A DNA stretch of 64,000 nucleotides. Origin: Spirochaetia bacterium. GTDB taxonomy: Bacteria > Spirochaetota > Spirochaetia > SZUA-6 > Bin103. A model generated the notes under the pieces. It was not told the origin of the DNA. It searched no databases and saw only the letters and a list, made by a program, of their open reading frames with translations. Both the position numbers and the translations under genes were made by a program. Below, piece by piece: positions 49,401 to 57,939 of the stretch. Each line of letters begins with the position of its first letter. The first letter of the stretch is position 1. The stretch covers positions 3,520,001 to 3,584,000 of the forward strand of contig OZ241907.1 in the NCBI GenBank assembly GCA_965203515.1, given 5' to 3'.

Positions 49401-49518
49401 CGCGTTCGCCTTCCAGGTCTTCAGGCGCGGCATACGTGTAACCGAGGGACCGCAGCAGCTCCACCGCCGGCTCCTCCGCAAGACGGCGCTCGTCCCACCC
49501 GGCCGCGGTCGGGCTCAT
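46495..49518 (-). CDS. hsdR: Type I restriction subunit R
   Basis: PD..NGLPL..IECK, WHTQGSGKS, DEAHR, FTGTP, DMLLTGFD, QAIARVNR. Confidence 0.95.
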   Translation of the reverse strand: MSPTAAGWDERRLAEEPAVELLRSLGYTYAAPEDLEGERASVKEAVLTRRLAQALKRLNPWLSEANVTQAVRAVTQVPAASLAEANEKLYTSLTYGIALEQDRGGGRKSHTVRFLDFDDPGGNDWIVTRQYRVLGAKKHVIPDVTVFVNGLPLAVIECKSPTIGDAWKAAAVKQLRRYQEADPRWKDQGAPHLFAAAQVLIATCGERAVYGTVGTPERFFLEWKEPYPLSVAQLGAHLGRAPAPQDILLYGLLAPRNLLDVMRNFVVFEIEGGRAVRKLARYKQFIAVNEALRRIGTARQPSARGGIVWHTQGSGKSLTMLWLALKLRRDEAQRQPAVVIVTDRTKLDRQIAGVFTACGFPNPERADSVRDLRRILEHPTGKTVMTTIQKFQEITGAGSAARRRSVHPVLSEAANIFVMVDEAHRTQYRSLAANMRQALPNACFLGFTGTPIDKQDRSTLRTFGPYIDTYTIEQAVRDQATVPIFYESRLPELQIIGQTIDQVFDRVFADRSDDERAAIKQRYATEQAIAGAPRRIETVCLDLLDHFSKFIAPNRFKAQVVAASRHAAVTYKETLDRLHGPESALIMSALHNDEQRLARWHLRKEEQDRLVERFKDRDDPLAILVVCDMLLTGFDAPAEQVMYLDAPLKEHSLLQAIARVNRPHGDEKTYGLVVDYWGVSAKLQDALAIFSTAEVQGALTSNVDELPRLQTRHAAAMKFFRTVTDTSDLNACVRVLEPEDVRAAFDLAFRRFSQSMDMLLPDRRALAYHADLRWLGKIRGAARARYRDDRLDLSGCGEKVRTLIADAVVADRIEILVKEVPLFSPEFEEKIGALATDEAKASEMEHAIRHEISAHMDENPAFYQSLRERLEEIVEKRRVERIDAAEQLSLLTDLRGDVKGEQTRAQDLGLDARGFAIYGLLAKQRPSKSEIDERFAAYDTGDRDLAADLDEAIEPFTTLVDWWQKEDLQRQMRRTIKQHLRARGLAEDDMEALTLGIVDLAKVRAAP

Positions 49519-50789
49519 GCCGCCTCCGTATCCGGGGTCACGCGGACCTCGCCGGTCAAGAGGGCCGGCATCAACCCACTCTTGACAACCTGCAGCCTAT
49601 CCATGATCGCTTGGTTCTTTTCAACGATGTCGTCCACCGACGAGCAAGTTACAGCAATCATACGTTGTTCTATGATCGGGGGGAGTGGTATTCTAACGTG
49701 CTCGATATCGCGTCTGCGTAGTCCGAATCTCGTAATGCCGTTCGCACACGTCCGAAACTGCTGCTTAACAATGTTTGTACTCAGAGCGTAATGAAGAAAT
49801 TCTCCATTCAAGAACGATCCCGATGGACGTAGAATCGCGAGATGGTAGCCACAAATCAGGTCTCCTACCTCTTCTCTAACCAATGCCGGGACACCAATAT
49901 CGTGAGGCGTCTCTGAGTCTTTGGTTATGACGACATCACCGACTTCCAATTTAAAATTGTCGATCTCACGTTGCGTAACCGTTGCCTCCATATAGTCCAT
50001 ATCAGCTCCGACAACGCGATGATTGTATACGTCAGTGTAATTACAAAGACGAACGTATATTTCTCCAGGAATAATCTTCTTGTCAACGCCGCTAAGGCGC
50101 ACATCAACAACTTGTCCAAGAGGCACGAACATCCATCCTTTCGGAAACTCTCCAACCTCGGTTCTTTGAAACCGACTATGACGCCCCGGCAGCCCTCGCG
50201 TGAACAGTTCCTGCATCAGTCCGCGCTTGACGATCTTCGCTTGGTCGATGACCGCCTGGGTCTTCTCGATAGCGTCGTCCACCGAGGAAAGAATCGCGGC
50301 AATCTTGCGCTGTTCAGAAAGAGGAGGCACGGACAACGGGTACGACCCTACGTGATAGGCCGTGACCGCCGGATAATTGCTTCCACTCATACGTGGCTTC
50401 AGATACTCAACGAAGCCAGTTGACAGAATGTGCTGGTATAGAAAGCGACCATCCACCCCGTCTCGTGGTCGGACGACTGCATAGCCTGTTGATACGACAA
50501 GATTGTCGGGCGCTTCGCGGACACGGGCGAAATTGCGCAGGTAAGGTCTTACGGTTGACACGAGAATATCGCCCTCGCGTACCACCCTTCTGGCGCGGCT
50601 CGGCGCGTCCTCGAAACGAAATGTCCGGGTATCGCCGATAACGCCCGGCTGCTCAATGGCTGAGATGTCAAGATACTCCAGCGAGTAATCGGGGTCGGTC
50701 CTACCCCCAATCTGCTCCGGGTTCACCTGCGCAAGGCTAACGATATTAGAGGATCTCCAAGCGTCCGGTTTCCGTTCCCGCTTGAGCAA
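49515..50789 (-). CDS. hsdS: Type I specificity subunit S
   Basis: PPLSEQRKIAAIL..KRGLMQELF and PPIIEQR..KSGLMPALLTG; two low-GC TRDs; start uncertain. Confidence 0.9.
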   Translation of the reverse strand: MLKRERKPDAWRSSNIVSLAQVNPEQIGGRTDPDYSLEYLDISAIEQPGVIGDTRTFRFEDAPSRARRVVREGDILVSTVRPYLRNFARVREAPDNLVVSTGYAVVRPRDGVDGRFLYQHILSTGFVEYLKPRMSGSNYPAVTAYHVGSYPLSVPPLSEQRKIAAILSSVDDAIEKTQAVIDQAKIVKRGLMQELFTRGLPGRHSRFQRTEVGEFPKGWMFVPLGQVVDVRLSGVDKKIIPGEIYVRLCNYTDVYNHRVVGADMDYMEATVTQREIDNFKLEVGDVVITKDSETPHDIGVPALVREEVGDLICGYHLAILRPSGSFLNGEFLHYALSTNIVKQQFRTCANGITRFGLRRRDIEHVRIPLPPIIEQRMIAVTCSSVDDIVEKNQAIMDRLQVVKSGLMPALLTGEVRVTPDTEAA

Positions 50790-51170
50790 TCCCGCATCCG
50801 ATGGCCGAATGGCTGAAGTAAGCGTGTTCCTGGTTCCTTACTCGGCGTAGCCGGCGCCATTGTCATCGAACTGCTGCTTGAGGCGCCAGAACGTAGCCTC
50901 GTCGATGCCGGTGGCTGCCTCTATGGTGGACCACGGTACATCGCGTTCCAGGAATCCCTGGATGGTTTGCAGCTGACCTCGCAGTTCGCCTTCCCGGCGG
51001 CCTTTCATTTCACCTTCCCGGATTCCTTCCCGGCGGCCTTCCTGGCGGCCTTCCCGGATGCCTTCCTGGCGGCCTTTCCGTATGCCCTCGTCGATCAGTA
51101 AGCGTCCGGTGAACCCCACCTTACAAGGGGATATATAGAGGTACATCGTCCCTGGCAGGAGGGACGAACG

Positions 51171-51485
51171 ATGAGACAGGGACGAGAGTATTGGAGCCGG
51201 CACGTGGCAGCGTGGCGACGCAGTGGGCTCACGAAGAAGGCGTATTGCGAGCAGCATGGTCTGTCCTACTGGTCGCTGCGCAACTGGGACGGCAAGCTGC
51301 CGGAGACGGCCGACCGGCGTCAGCCGCTGGTCGAGTTGGCGCGGGCGGCCGGCGGGGCCAAGGACGCCGAGCAGCACGCGACGATGGAGTTGCTGGTCGG
51401 CGAGCGGTACGTGCTGCGGCTGTGGCCGTCGGTCCGCGCTGAGCATCTGCGCGAGGTGCTGGCGGCGCTGGAGGCGCTGAAGTGA
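51171..51485 (+). CDS. tnpA: IS66 accessory protein TnpA
   Basis: W..HVAAWRRSGLTKKAYCEQHGLS HTH-like. Confidence 0.85.
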   Translation: MRQGREYWSRHVAAWRRSGLTKKAYCEQHGLSYWSLRNWDGKLPETADRRQPLVELARAAGGAKDAEQHATMELLVGERYVLRLWPSVRAEHLREVLAALEALK

Positions 51486-51835
51486 TCCGGCTGGAGTTGG
51501 AGGCGGCGCGCATCTACGTGCGGCCTGGTGCGACCGACCTGCGCAAGCAGATCAACGGGCTGGTGCTGCTGGTGCAGGAGCAGATGCGGTTGAGTCCGTT
51601 CGAGGCGTCGTTGTTCGTGTTCTGCAACGGGCAGCGGCGACTGCTGAAGGCGGTGTACTGGGATCGGACGGGGTTCTGTCTGTGGATGAAGCGGTTGGAG
51701 CAGGGCAGCTTTCCGTGGCCGCGAACGGCGGCCGAGGCGCGGCGAGAGATCGACGCCGAGCAGCTGCGGATGCTGTTGGCAGGGATCGATTTCTGGAACC
51801 GACACGAGGAGTTGAGCTACGCCGAAATCGCCTGA
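51482..51835 (+). CDS. tnpB: IS66 accessory protein TnpB
   Basis: TDLRKQINGL, LFVFCN, WDRTGFCLWMKRLEQGSFPWP. Confidence 0.92.
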   Translation: MIRLELEAARIYVRPGATDLRKQINGLVLLVQEQMRLSPFEASLFVFCNGQRRLLKAVYWDRTGFCLWMKRLEQGSFPWPRTAAEARREIDAEQLRMLLAGIDFWNRHEELSYAEIA

Positions 51836-51886
51836 CGGGCTTGGTTCGATCTTGACTGGCGGCGGTATTTGAGGTAAGGTAGAGAC

Positions 51887-53578
51887 ATGTCTGCCGCACC
51901 GTCGGTGGTCGAACAACGCGACAGGTTGCGCGTGGAGAATCGGCTGCTGGTCCTGGAAAAAGACGAGTTGATCGTGCGCAACGATCAACTCGTCGCCAGG
52001 AATAGTTCACTCGTCACCAGGAATAGTGCGCTGGATCATCAGGTCCATGCGCTGGATCATCAGGTCCAGGAGTTGGACAAGAAGATTGAGCTCTATGAAG
52101 AGGAGCTCGCCTGGTACCGAAACCGGCGGTACGGGCGCAGCAGCGAACAGCTGAGCGCTGCCGAGCAGCAGCAGATCCGGCTGTTCAACGAGATCGAACG
52201 GAGCGCCGACCACGCCTTGCCGGTCGACCCACTGCCTGCCGAACCGGCGGCCGCCCCGGTGCCGAGCCGCGCCCGGCGCCCGCGCCGCCAACCGCTGCCG
52301 CCGTCGCTGCCGCGGGTCGAGCGGGTCGTCGACCTTCCCGAAGCAGACCAGCAGTGCGCCTGCGGCCACCGCATGGTCCGCATCGGCGAGGAGACCGCCG
52401 AGAAGCTCGACGTGATCCCGCCGCAGGTGCGGGTGCTCCGCACGGTGCGGCCGAAGTACGCCTGCCATCACTGCGAGGGCTCCGGCGACGAGCAGCGTGC
52501 GGCGGTGCGGGTGGCGCCGGCGCCGGCGGCGCTGATCCGCAAAGGAGTCGCCAGCGAAGGGCTGCTGGCGTTCATCGCCACGGCGAAGTTCTGCGACGCG
52601 CTGCCGCTGTACCGGCAGGAGCAGCAGTTCGCGCGGCTGGGAGTGGCGGTGTCGCGGCGCACGATGGCCGACTGGATGCTGGCGGTCGCCGGCGCCTGTC
52701 GGCCGCTGCTGGCAGCGCTGGGCGACCAACTGCGCGGCGGACCGATCCTGCAAATCGACGAAACGACCGTGCAGGTGCTCAACGAGCCGGGACGCGCCAA
52801 CGCGACGCGCAGCTACGTATGGGTGGCCCGCGGCGGGCCGCCGGCGGCGCCGGTGGTGATCTACCGGTATGAGCCGAGTCGGGCCGCACGGGTGGCGGCC
52901 GACATCATCGGCGACTACCAGGGCTACGTGCAGACCGATGGGTATGAGGGCTACCTGCGGCCGTGCAGCCAGCCGGGCATCCGGCACGTGGGCTGTTGGG
53001 CGCACGTGCGGCGCGCCTTCAAGGAGGCCGCCGAGGCGTTGAGCAAGGTATCGAGCCGTAGCGGTGCGGCGCTGCAGGCGCTGGGGTACATCGCCAAGCT
53101 GTACCGCATCGAGACGCAGCTAGCGAGGTACCGGACCGAGGACCCCGAACGGTTCGTGGCCGAGCGGCGCGCGCGGGTGGAGCCGGTGCTCGTGCAGATG
53201 CACGAGTGGCTGCGGCACAAGCGGGAGCAGGTGCTGCCGAGTTCGGCGCTCGGCAAGGCGGTGGGGTTCGCGTTGGGACAGTGGCCGAAGCTGATCGGCT
53301 ATGTGGAGCACGCGCAGTTGACGCCGGACAACAACGCCTGCGAGCAGGCGATCCGGCCGTTCGTGGTGGGCCGCAAGAACTGGCTGTTTGCCGGCAGCCC
53401 GCGCGGCGCTGCGGCGAGCGCGACGCTGTACAGCCTGATCGAGACGGCGAAGGCCAACCGGCGAGAGCCGTACTGGTATCTGCGCGAGTTGTTCGAGCAG
53501 CTGCCGCACGCGCGTACCCGTGCCGATTTCTTGGCGCTCCTGCCGACCGCGCGTCCACCGCCGCCGCCCGCTACGTAG
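51887..53578 (+). CDS. tnpC: IS66 transposase TnpC
   Basis: YGRSSEQ, Zn finger, LPLYRQ, IDET, QTDGY, CWAHVRR, DNNACEQAIRP. Confidence 0.95.
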   Translation: MSAAPSVVEQRDRLRVENRLLVLEKDELIVRNDQLVARNSSLVTRNSALDHQVHALDHQVQELDKKIELYEEELAWYRNRRYGRSSEQLSAAEQQQIRLFNEIERSADHALPVDPLPAEPAAAPVPSRARRPRRQPLPPSLPRVERVVDLPEADQQCACGHRMVRIGEETAEKLDVIPPQVRVLRTVRPKYACHHCEGSGDEQRAAVRVAPAPAALIRKGVASEGLLAFIATAKFCDALPLYRQEQQFARLGVAVSRRTMADWMLAVAGACRPLLAALGDQLRGGPILQIDETTVQVLNEPGRANATRSYVWVARGGPPAAPVVIYRYEPSRAARVAADIIGDYQGYVQTDGYEGYLRPCSQPGIRHVGCWAHVRRAFKEAAEALSKVSSRSGAALQALGYIAKLYRIETQLARYRTEDPERFVAERRARVEPVLVQMHEWLRHKREQVLPSSALGKAVGFALGQWPKLIGYVEHAQLTPDNNACEQAIRPFVVGRKNWLFAGSPRGAAASATLYSLIETAKANRREPYWYLRELFEQLPHARTRADFLALLPTARPPPPPAT

Positions 53579-54267
53579 AGGGTGGGATTCCCCGGACGCT
53601 TACGTCGATCATCTTATGCACGTAGGTCATTATCTCTCCTCCTCGGCCCGGCACGGTCCGCCGCAGCGCCTCCGCGAACGCCTGCTGCTGTTCATTCGTC
53701 TTCAGCCCCAGCAGCACGTACTCCACGTGCAGCGCCACCCGGTCGATCCCTGCGTCCGGATACAGCTTGTCCACCAACTGTACCACCTGGTTGAGCAACT
53801 CCTCCCAGCTCTCCCAGTCCTCGCGACGGTACTCGGCCATCAGCGCGAGCTGCGCAAGCCGCGCGCCCAGCGTCCCGGCCACCGACTCCGGGTTCTGTTC
53901 GGTCTGGTCGATCAGCAGGTGCTCGAACTGCGGCACCCAACCCCGGTCGGACTCCGCGTCCGCCACCAACTCCGCGAACTGCCGCGGGAACCGCCACGGT
54001 TCCGCTCCCTGATAGAATACCACCGGCACGATCAGCGGCAACTGCGGCTCCGCCTCGTGCTCGCGGTGCCATCTCATCCAGATCATCAGGCAGTAATTCA
54101 GCAACCGAAGCCGCATCCAGCGGTCGGGCGTGGACTGATGTTCGAGCAGCACGTAGACGAGCACCGGGGGGGCCGGAGCCCTCGCGCTCGACGGAGAACA
54201 GCAGGTCGGCCTCGCGGCTTGGTCGGGAGTGCGTGATGGCGTTCGCAGCGGCTTGGTGTTCCCGCCC

Positions 54268-54519
54268 TTACTCGTGGCCGGCGCCATTGTCATCGAACTG
54301 CTGCTTGAGGCGCCAGAACGTAGCCTCGTCGATGCCGGTGGCCGCCTCGATGGTCGACCACGGTACATCGCGTCCCAGGAACCCCTGGATGGTTTGCAAC
54401 TGACCCCGCAGTTCGCCTTCCCGGCGGCCTTCCCGGCGGCCTTCCCGGATGCCTTCCCGGATGCCTTCCTGGCGGCCTTTCCGTATGCCCTCGTCGATCA
54501 TCTTATGCACGTAGGTCAT
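54268..54519 (-). CDS. Putative intragenic RpnS-type antitoxin of copy B
   Basis: In-frame internal ATG preceded by GAGGAGGAGAGATA. Confidence 0.65.
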   Translation of the reverse strand: MTYVHKMIDEGIRKGRQEGIREGIREGRREGRREGELRGQLQTIQGFLGRDVPWSTIEAATGIDEATFWRLKQQFDDNGAGHE

Positions 54520-55320
54520 TATCTCTCCTCCTCGGCCCGGCACGGTCCGTCGCAGCGCCTCCGCGAACGCCTGCTGCTGTTCATTCGTCTTCAGCCCCAG
54601 CAGCACGTACTCCACGTGCAGCGCCACCCGGTCGATCCCTGCGTCCGGATACAGCTTGTCCACCAACTGTACCACCTGGTTGAGCAACTCCTCCCAGCTC
54701 TCCCAGTCCTCGCGACGGTACTCGGCCATCAGCGCGAGCTGCGCAAGCCGCGCGCCCAGCGTCCCGGCCACCGACTCCGGGTTCTGTTCGGTCTGGTCGA
54801 TCAGCAGGTGCTCGAACTGCGGCACCCAACCCAGGCCGGACTCCGCGTCCGCCACCAACTCCGCGAACTGCCGCGGGAACCGCCATGGTTCCGCTCCCTG
54901 ATAGAATACCACCGGCACGATCAGCGGCAACTGCGGCTCCTGCTCGTGCTCGCGGTGCCATCTCATCCAGATCATCAGGCAGTAATTCAGCAACCGAAGC
55001 CGCATCCAGCGGTCGGGCGTGGACTGATGTTCGAGCAGCACGTAGACGAGCACCGGGGGGCCGGAACCCTCGCGCTCGACGGAGAACAGCAGGTCGGCCT
55101 CGCGGCCGCGCCAGTCGTCGCTGACGAAGCGGCCGGGCAGGCGGGTAAGGGATGGCCACCGCAGCGTGCGGGCGAGTTCCTGAGGCAGGTAGGAGCGCAA
55201 CAAGCCGGCGGCGTCCTCGGGGTCGGAGAATACGCTGTAGAAGTACTTGTCGTGCCGCTGGCTGACCGGCGGCTCCGGCCCCTCGGACTGCGGTCGATCC
55301 GATACGTGATCGTCGGCCAT
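54268..55320 (-). CDS. rpn: Rpn (YhgA-like / transposase_31) PD-(D/E)XK nuclease, intact copy B
   Basis: HDKYF, ADLLFSV, LLEHQS, PVVFYQG, GxxE repeats. Confidence 0.9.
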   Translation of the reverse strand: MADDHVSDRPQSEGPEPPVSQRHDKYFYSVFSDPEDAAGLLRSYLPQELARTLRWPSLTRLPGRFVSDDWRGREADLLFSVEREGSGPPVLVYVLLEHQSTPDRWMRLRLLNYCLMIWMRWHREHEQEPQLPLIVPVVFYQGAEPWRFPRQFAELVADAESGLGWVPQFEHLLIDQTEQNPESVAGTLGARLAQLALMAEYRREDWESWEELLNQVVQLVDKLYPDAGIDRVALHVEYVLLGLKTNEQQQAFAEALRRTVPGRGGEIMTYVHKMIDEGIRKGRQEGIREGIREGRREGRREGELRGQLQTIQGFLGRDVPWSTIEAATGIDEATFWRLKQQFDDNGAGHE

Positions 55321-55334
55321 GAAGTCCGGCGGCG

Positions 55335-55363
55335 ACCGTAGCCCCACGCTACTCCGGCGTCAA
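55335..55363 (-). promoter_or_regulatory. Putative Rpn promoter (identical copy at 56238-56266)
   Basis: TTGACG-17-TACGGT. Confidence 0.55.
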
Positions 55364-55615
55364 GCCGCGCCTCGGCTTCGTTGAGCGGACCGGCGTACAT
55401 GCTGTAGCGCGACAATCAGGATGAGAACCTGAGAACCGAGCGACAATCAAGATGAGAAACCGGTGTCGCAACGGCGGGGACGACGCCACGAGCGGGCTTG
55501 GGTTGGCAAGCACGGGAAGCGGCGGCGGAGGCGCCGGCGAGGTCTCAGAGGACGGTCAGCTCGGCGCTGGTCGGGAGTGCGTGATGGCGTTCGCAGCGGC
55601 TTGGTGTTCCCGCCC

Positions 55616-55918
55616 TTACTCGGCGTGGCCGGCGCCATTGTCGTCGAGCTGCTGCTTGAGGCGCCGGAACGTAGCCTCGTCGATGCCGGTGGCCGCCTCT
55701 ATGGTCGACCACGGTACATCGCGTCCCAGGAACCCCTGGATGGTTTGCAACTGACCCCGCAGTTCGCCTTCCCGGCGGCCTTTCATCTCACCTTCCCGGC
55801 GGCCTTCCCGGCGGCCTTCCCGGCGGCCTTCCCGGCGGCCTTCCTGGCGGCCTTCCCGGATGCCTTCCCGGCGGCCTTTCCGTATGCCCTCGTCGATCAT
55901 CTTATGCACGTAGGTCAT
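55616..55918 (-). CDS. Intact RpnS-type ORF retained in copy A
   Basis: Same SD and ATG as copy B; expanded 12-bp GRRE repeats; 100 aa. Confidence 0.6.
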   Translation of the reverse strand: MTYVHKMIDEGIRKGRREGIREGRQEGRREGRREGRREGRREGEMKGRREGELRGQLQTIQGFLGRDVPWSTIEAATGIDEATFRRLKQQLDDNGAGHAE

Positions 55919-56223
55919 TATCTCTCCTCCTCGGCCCGGCACGGTCCGTCGCAGCGCCTCCGCGAACGCCTGCTGCTGTTCATTCGTCTTCAGCCCCAGC
56001 AGCACGTACTCCACGTGCAGCGCCACCCGGTCGATCCCTGCGTCCGGATACAGCTTGTCCACCGCAGCGTGCGGGCGAGTTCCTGGGGCAGGTAGGAGCG
56101 CAACAGGCCGGCGGCGTCCTCGGGGTCGGAGAATACGCTGTAGAAGTACTTGTCGTGCCGCTGGCTGACCGGCGGCTCCGGCCCCTCGGACTGCGGTCGG
56201 TCCGATGCGTGATCGTCGGCCAT
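55616..56223 (-). pseudogene. Rpn copy A with a 496-bp internal deletion
   Basis: Joins ...ARTLRW to DKLYPD at a ggtgg microhomology (copy B positions 55156-60 and 54660-64); nuclease core lost. Confidence 0.88.
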
Positions 56224-56276
56224 GAAGTCCGGCGGCGACCGTAGCCCCACGCTACTCCGGCGTCAAGCCGCGCCTC

Positions 56277-57872
56277 CTATTCGCCGTAGCCCAGCTCGGC
56301 GAGGTAGCGGTTCATGGTCGCTTCGGCGGCGGCGCGTTCCCGTTCCAGCTCGCGGAGCTTGCGCACCGCGTCGGCCACGTCGATCCGTTCTTCTTCCTCC
56401 GCGGTGTCCACGTAGCGGGTGATGTTCAGGTTCCAGTCGTTGCGCTCGATCTCTGCGACCGGCACCACCCGCGCGTACTTCTCCACGTCGGCCCAGGCGT
56501 GGAACGTCCGGGCGATGTGCTCCAGGTCGCGGTCGCGCAGGCGGTTCTGGTTGGTGCCTTCCTCGAACTCCCCGGAGGCGTCGATGAACAGCACCGCGCC
56601 GCGGCGCGCGGGCGGCTTGGCGCGGTTCAGCACCAGCACGGAGGCCGGGATGCCGGTGCCGTAGAACAGGTTCGGCGCAAGGCCGATGACCGCCTCGAAC
56701 AGGTCTTCCCGGAGCATGCCCTGGCGAATCTTCCCCTCCGCACCGCCGCGGAACAGCACCCCGTGCGGCATCACCACGCCGAGCCGCCCGGCGGCGTTCA
56801 GTACCGCCACCATGTGCTGCACGAACGCCAGGTCGCCCTTGGTCTTCGGCGGCAGGCCGAACCGGAAGCGCCCGTGGCCGTCGTGCTCGGCCACCTCGCG
56901 GCCCCACTCGTCGAGGCTGAACGGCGGATTGGCGATCACCCGGTCGTAGCGCAGCAGCTCGCCTTCATCCACCAGCTTCGGGTCGCGGATCGTGTCGCCC
57001 TTCTCGATGCGCGCGTCCGGCAGCCCGTGGAGCAGCATGTTCATCTTGCAGATCGCCCAGGTGCCGAGGTTCTTCTCCTGGCCGTGGAGCGTCAGGTCGC
57101 GCGGGTTGCCGCCCTGCCGCTCGAGGTGATGGGCGCATTCGATCAGCATGCCGCCGGAGCCCGCGGTCGGGTCGCAGACGCGCATCCCGGCGGCCGGCGC
57201 CAACAGCTCCACGATCAGCTTGACGACCATGCGCGGCGTGTAGAATTCGCCGCCCTTCTTGCCGGCGTCGTCGGCGAACTGTTCGATCAGATATTCGTAG
57301 GCGCGGCCGAGTAGATCCGGCTCCGCCAGGCGGTCGTTGCGGAGCGAGACTTCGGAGAAGTGCCGCACCAGGCGCGCCAGCACGGTGTCGCGGTTGCGGG
57401 CGTCGCCCAGCTTGCGCTCGTCGTTGTAGTCGATGCCGGCCAGCACGCCTTCCAGCGCGCTGTTCTGTTCCTCCAGCGCCGCGCACGCCTTGTTGAGGGT
57501 CTCGCCGATGTTGGCGGCCGCTGCCCGGATGGCGCCCCACCGCGCCCGGTCGGGCACGAAGAACTGGTGCTCGTCGGGGTCGGTCCAGGCCACCCTCTTG
57601 GACACGCCGTCGGCGATCAGCTTCTCGGCCTCTTCCTCGAAGCGGTCGGACAGCCGCTTCAGGAACAGCAGGCCGAAGATGTAGGTCTTGTAGTCGCTGC
57701 TGTCGATCGATCCGCGCAGGATGTCGGCCGCCGACCAGAGGTACTGTTCGAGCTGCGCCACGCTCAGGATGTCCGCCGCCGGCGCGGCCACGCGTCTATC
57801 CGGCATCAACGCGCGTGCCGCGGGCGACCGAGGCGGCTCGATCGTAGTTCCCGGAGGGTGATCTTCCGCCAT
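56277..57872 (-). CDS. hsdM: Type I modification subunit M
   Basis: LWSAADILRG, GEFYTP, DPTAGSGG, ANPPF, PHGVLFRG. Confidence 0.95.
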   Translation of the reverse strand: MAEDHPPGTTIEPPRSPAARALMPDRRVAAPAADILSVAQLEQYLWSAADILRGSIDSSDYKTYIFGLLFLKRLSDRFEEEAEKLIADGVSKRVAWTDPDEHQFFVPDRARWGAIRAAAANIGETLNKACAALEEQNSALEGVLAGIDYNDERKLGDARNRDTVLARLVRHFSEVSLRNDRLAEPDLLGRAYEYLIEQFADDAGKKGGEFYTPRMVVKLIVELLAPAAGMRVCDPTAGSGGMLIECAHHLERQGGNPRDLTLHGQEKNLGTWAICKMNMLLHGLPDARIEKGDTIRDPKLVDEGELLRYDRVIANPPFSLDEWGREVAEHDGHGRFRFGLPPKTKGDLAFVQHMVAVLNAAGRLGVVMPHGVLFRGGAEGKIRQGMLREDLFEAVIGLAPNLFYGTGIPASVLVLNRAKPPARRGAVLFIDASGEFEEGTNQNRLRDRDLEHIARTFHAWADVEKYARVVPVAEIERNDWNLNITRYVDTAEEEERIDVADAVRKLRELERERAAAEATMNRYLAELGYGE

Positions 57873-57939
57873 CTGATTCCATCAGCGCCCGATGTGTTAT
57901 CCGGGGCGGGACGGCCGCCCATGCTACATTCCAAGGCGG

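Larger units (their letters stand above)
51098..53603 (+). mobile_element. Complete IS66-family insertion sequence
   Basis: IRs GTAAGCGTCCGG(t/g)GAA(c/t)CCCACC; 8-bp target duplication GTCGATCA at 51090-97 and 53604-11; tnpA-tnpB-tnpC. Confidence 0.96.
50838..54218 (-). pseudogene. Rpn copy C: 5'-deleted, frameshifted and split by IS66
   Basis: Near-identical to copy B; lacks the first ~70 codons; G7 (54166-72) versus G6 in copy B; IS66 sits after MTYVHKMID. Confidence 0.88.

Noticed and set aside
46582..49791. 1069-aa plus-strand ORF (and similar long overlapping ORFs such as 12185..14620 and 39164..41212)
   Set aside because: Shadow or off-frame ORFs of hsdR, amt and the repeat lipoprotein.
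49515..57872. Invertible hsdS shufflon
   Set aside because: Single hsdS, no silent TRDs, no inverted repeats or invertase seen.
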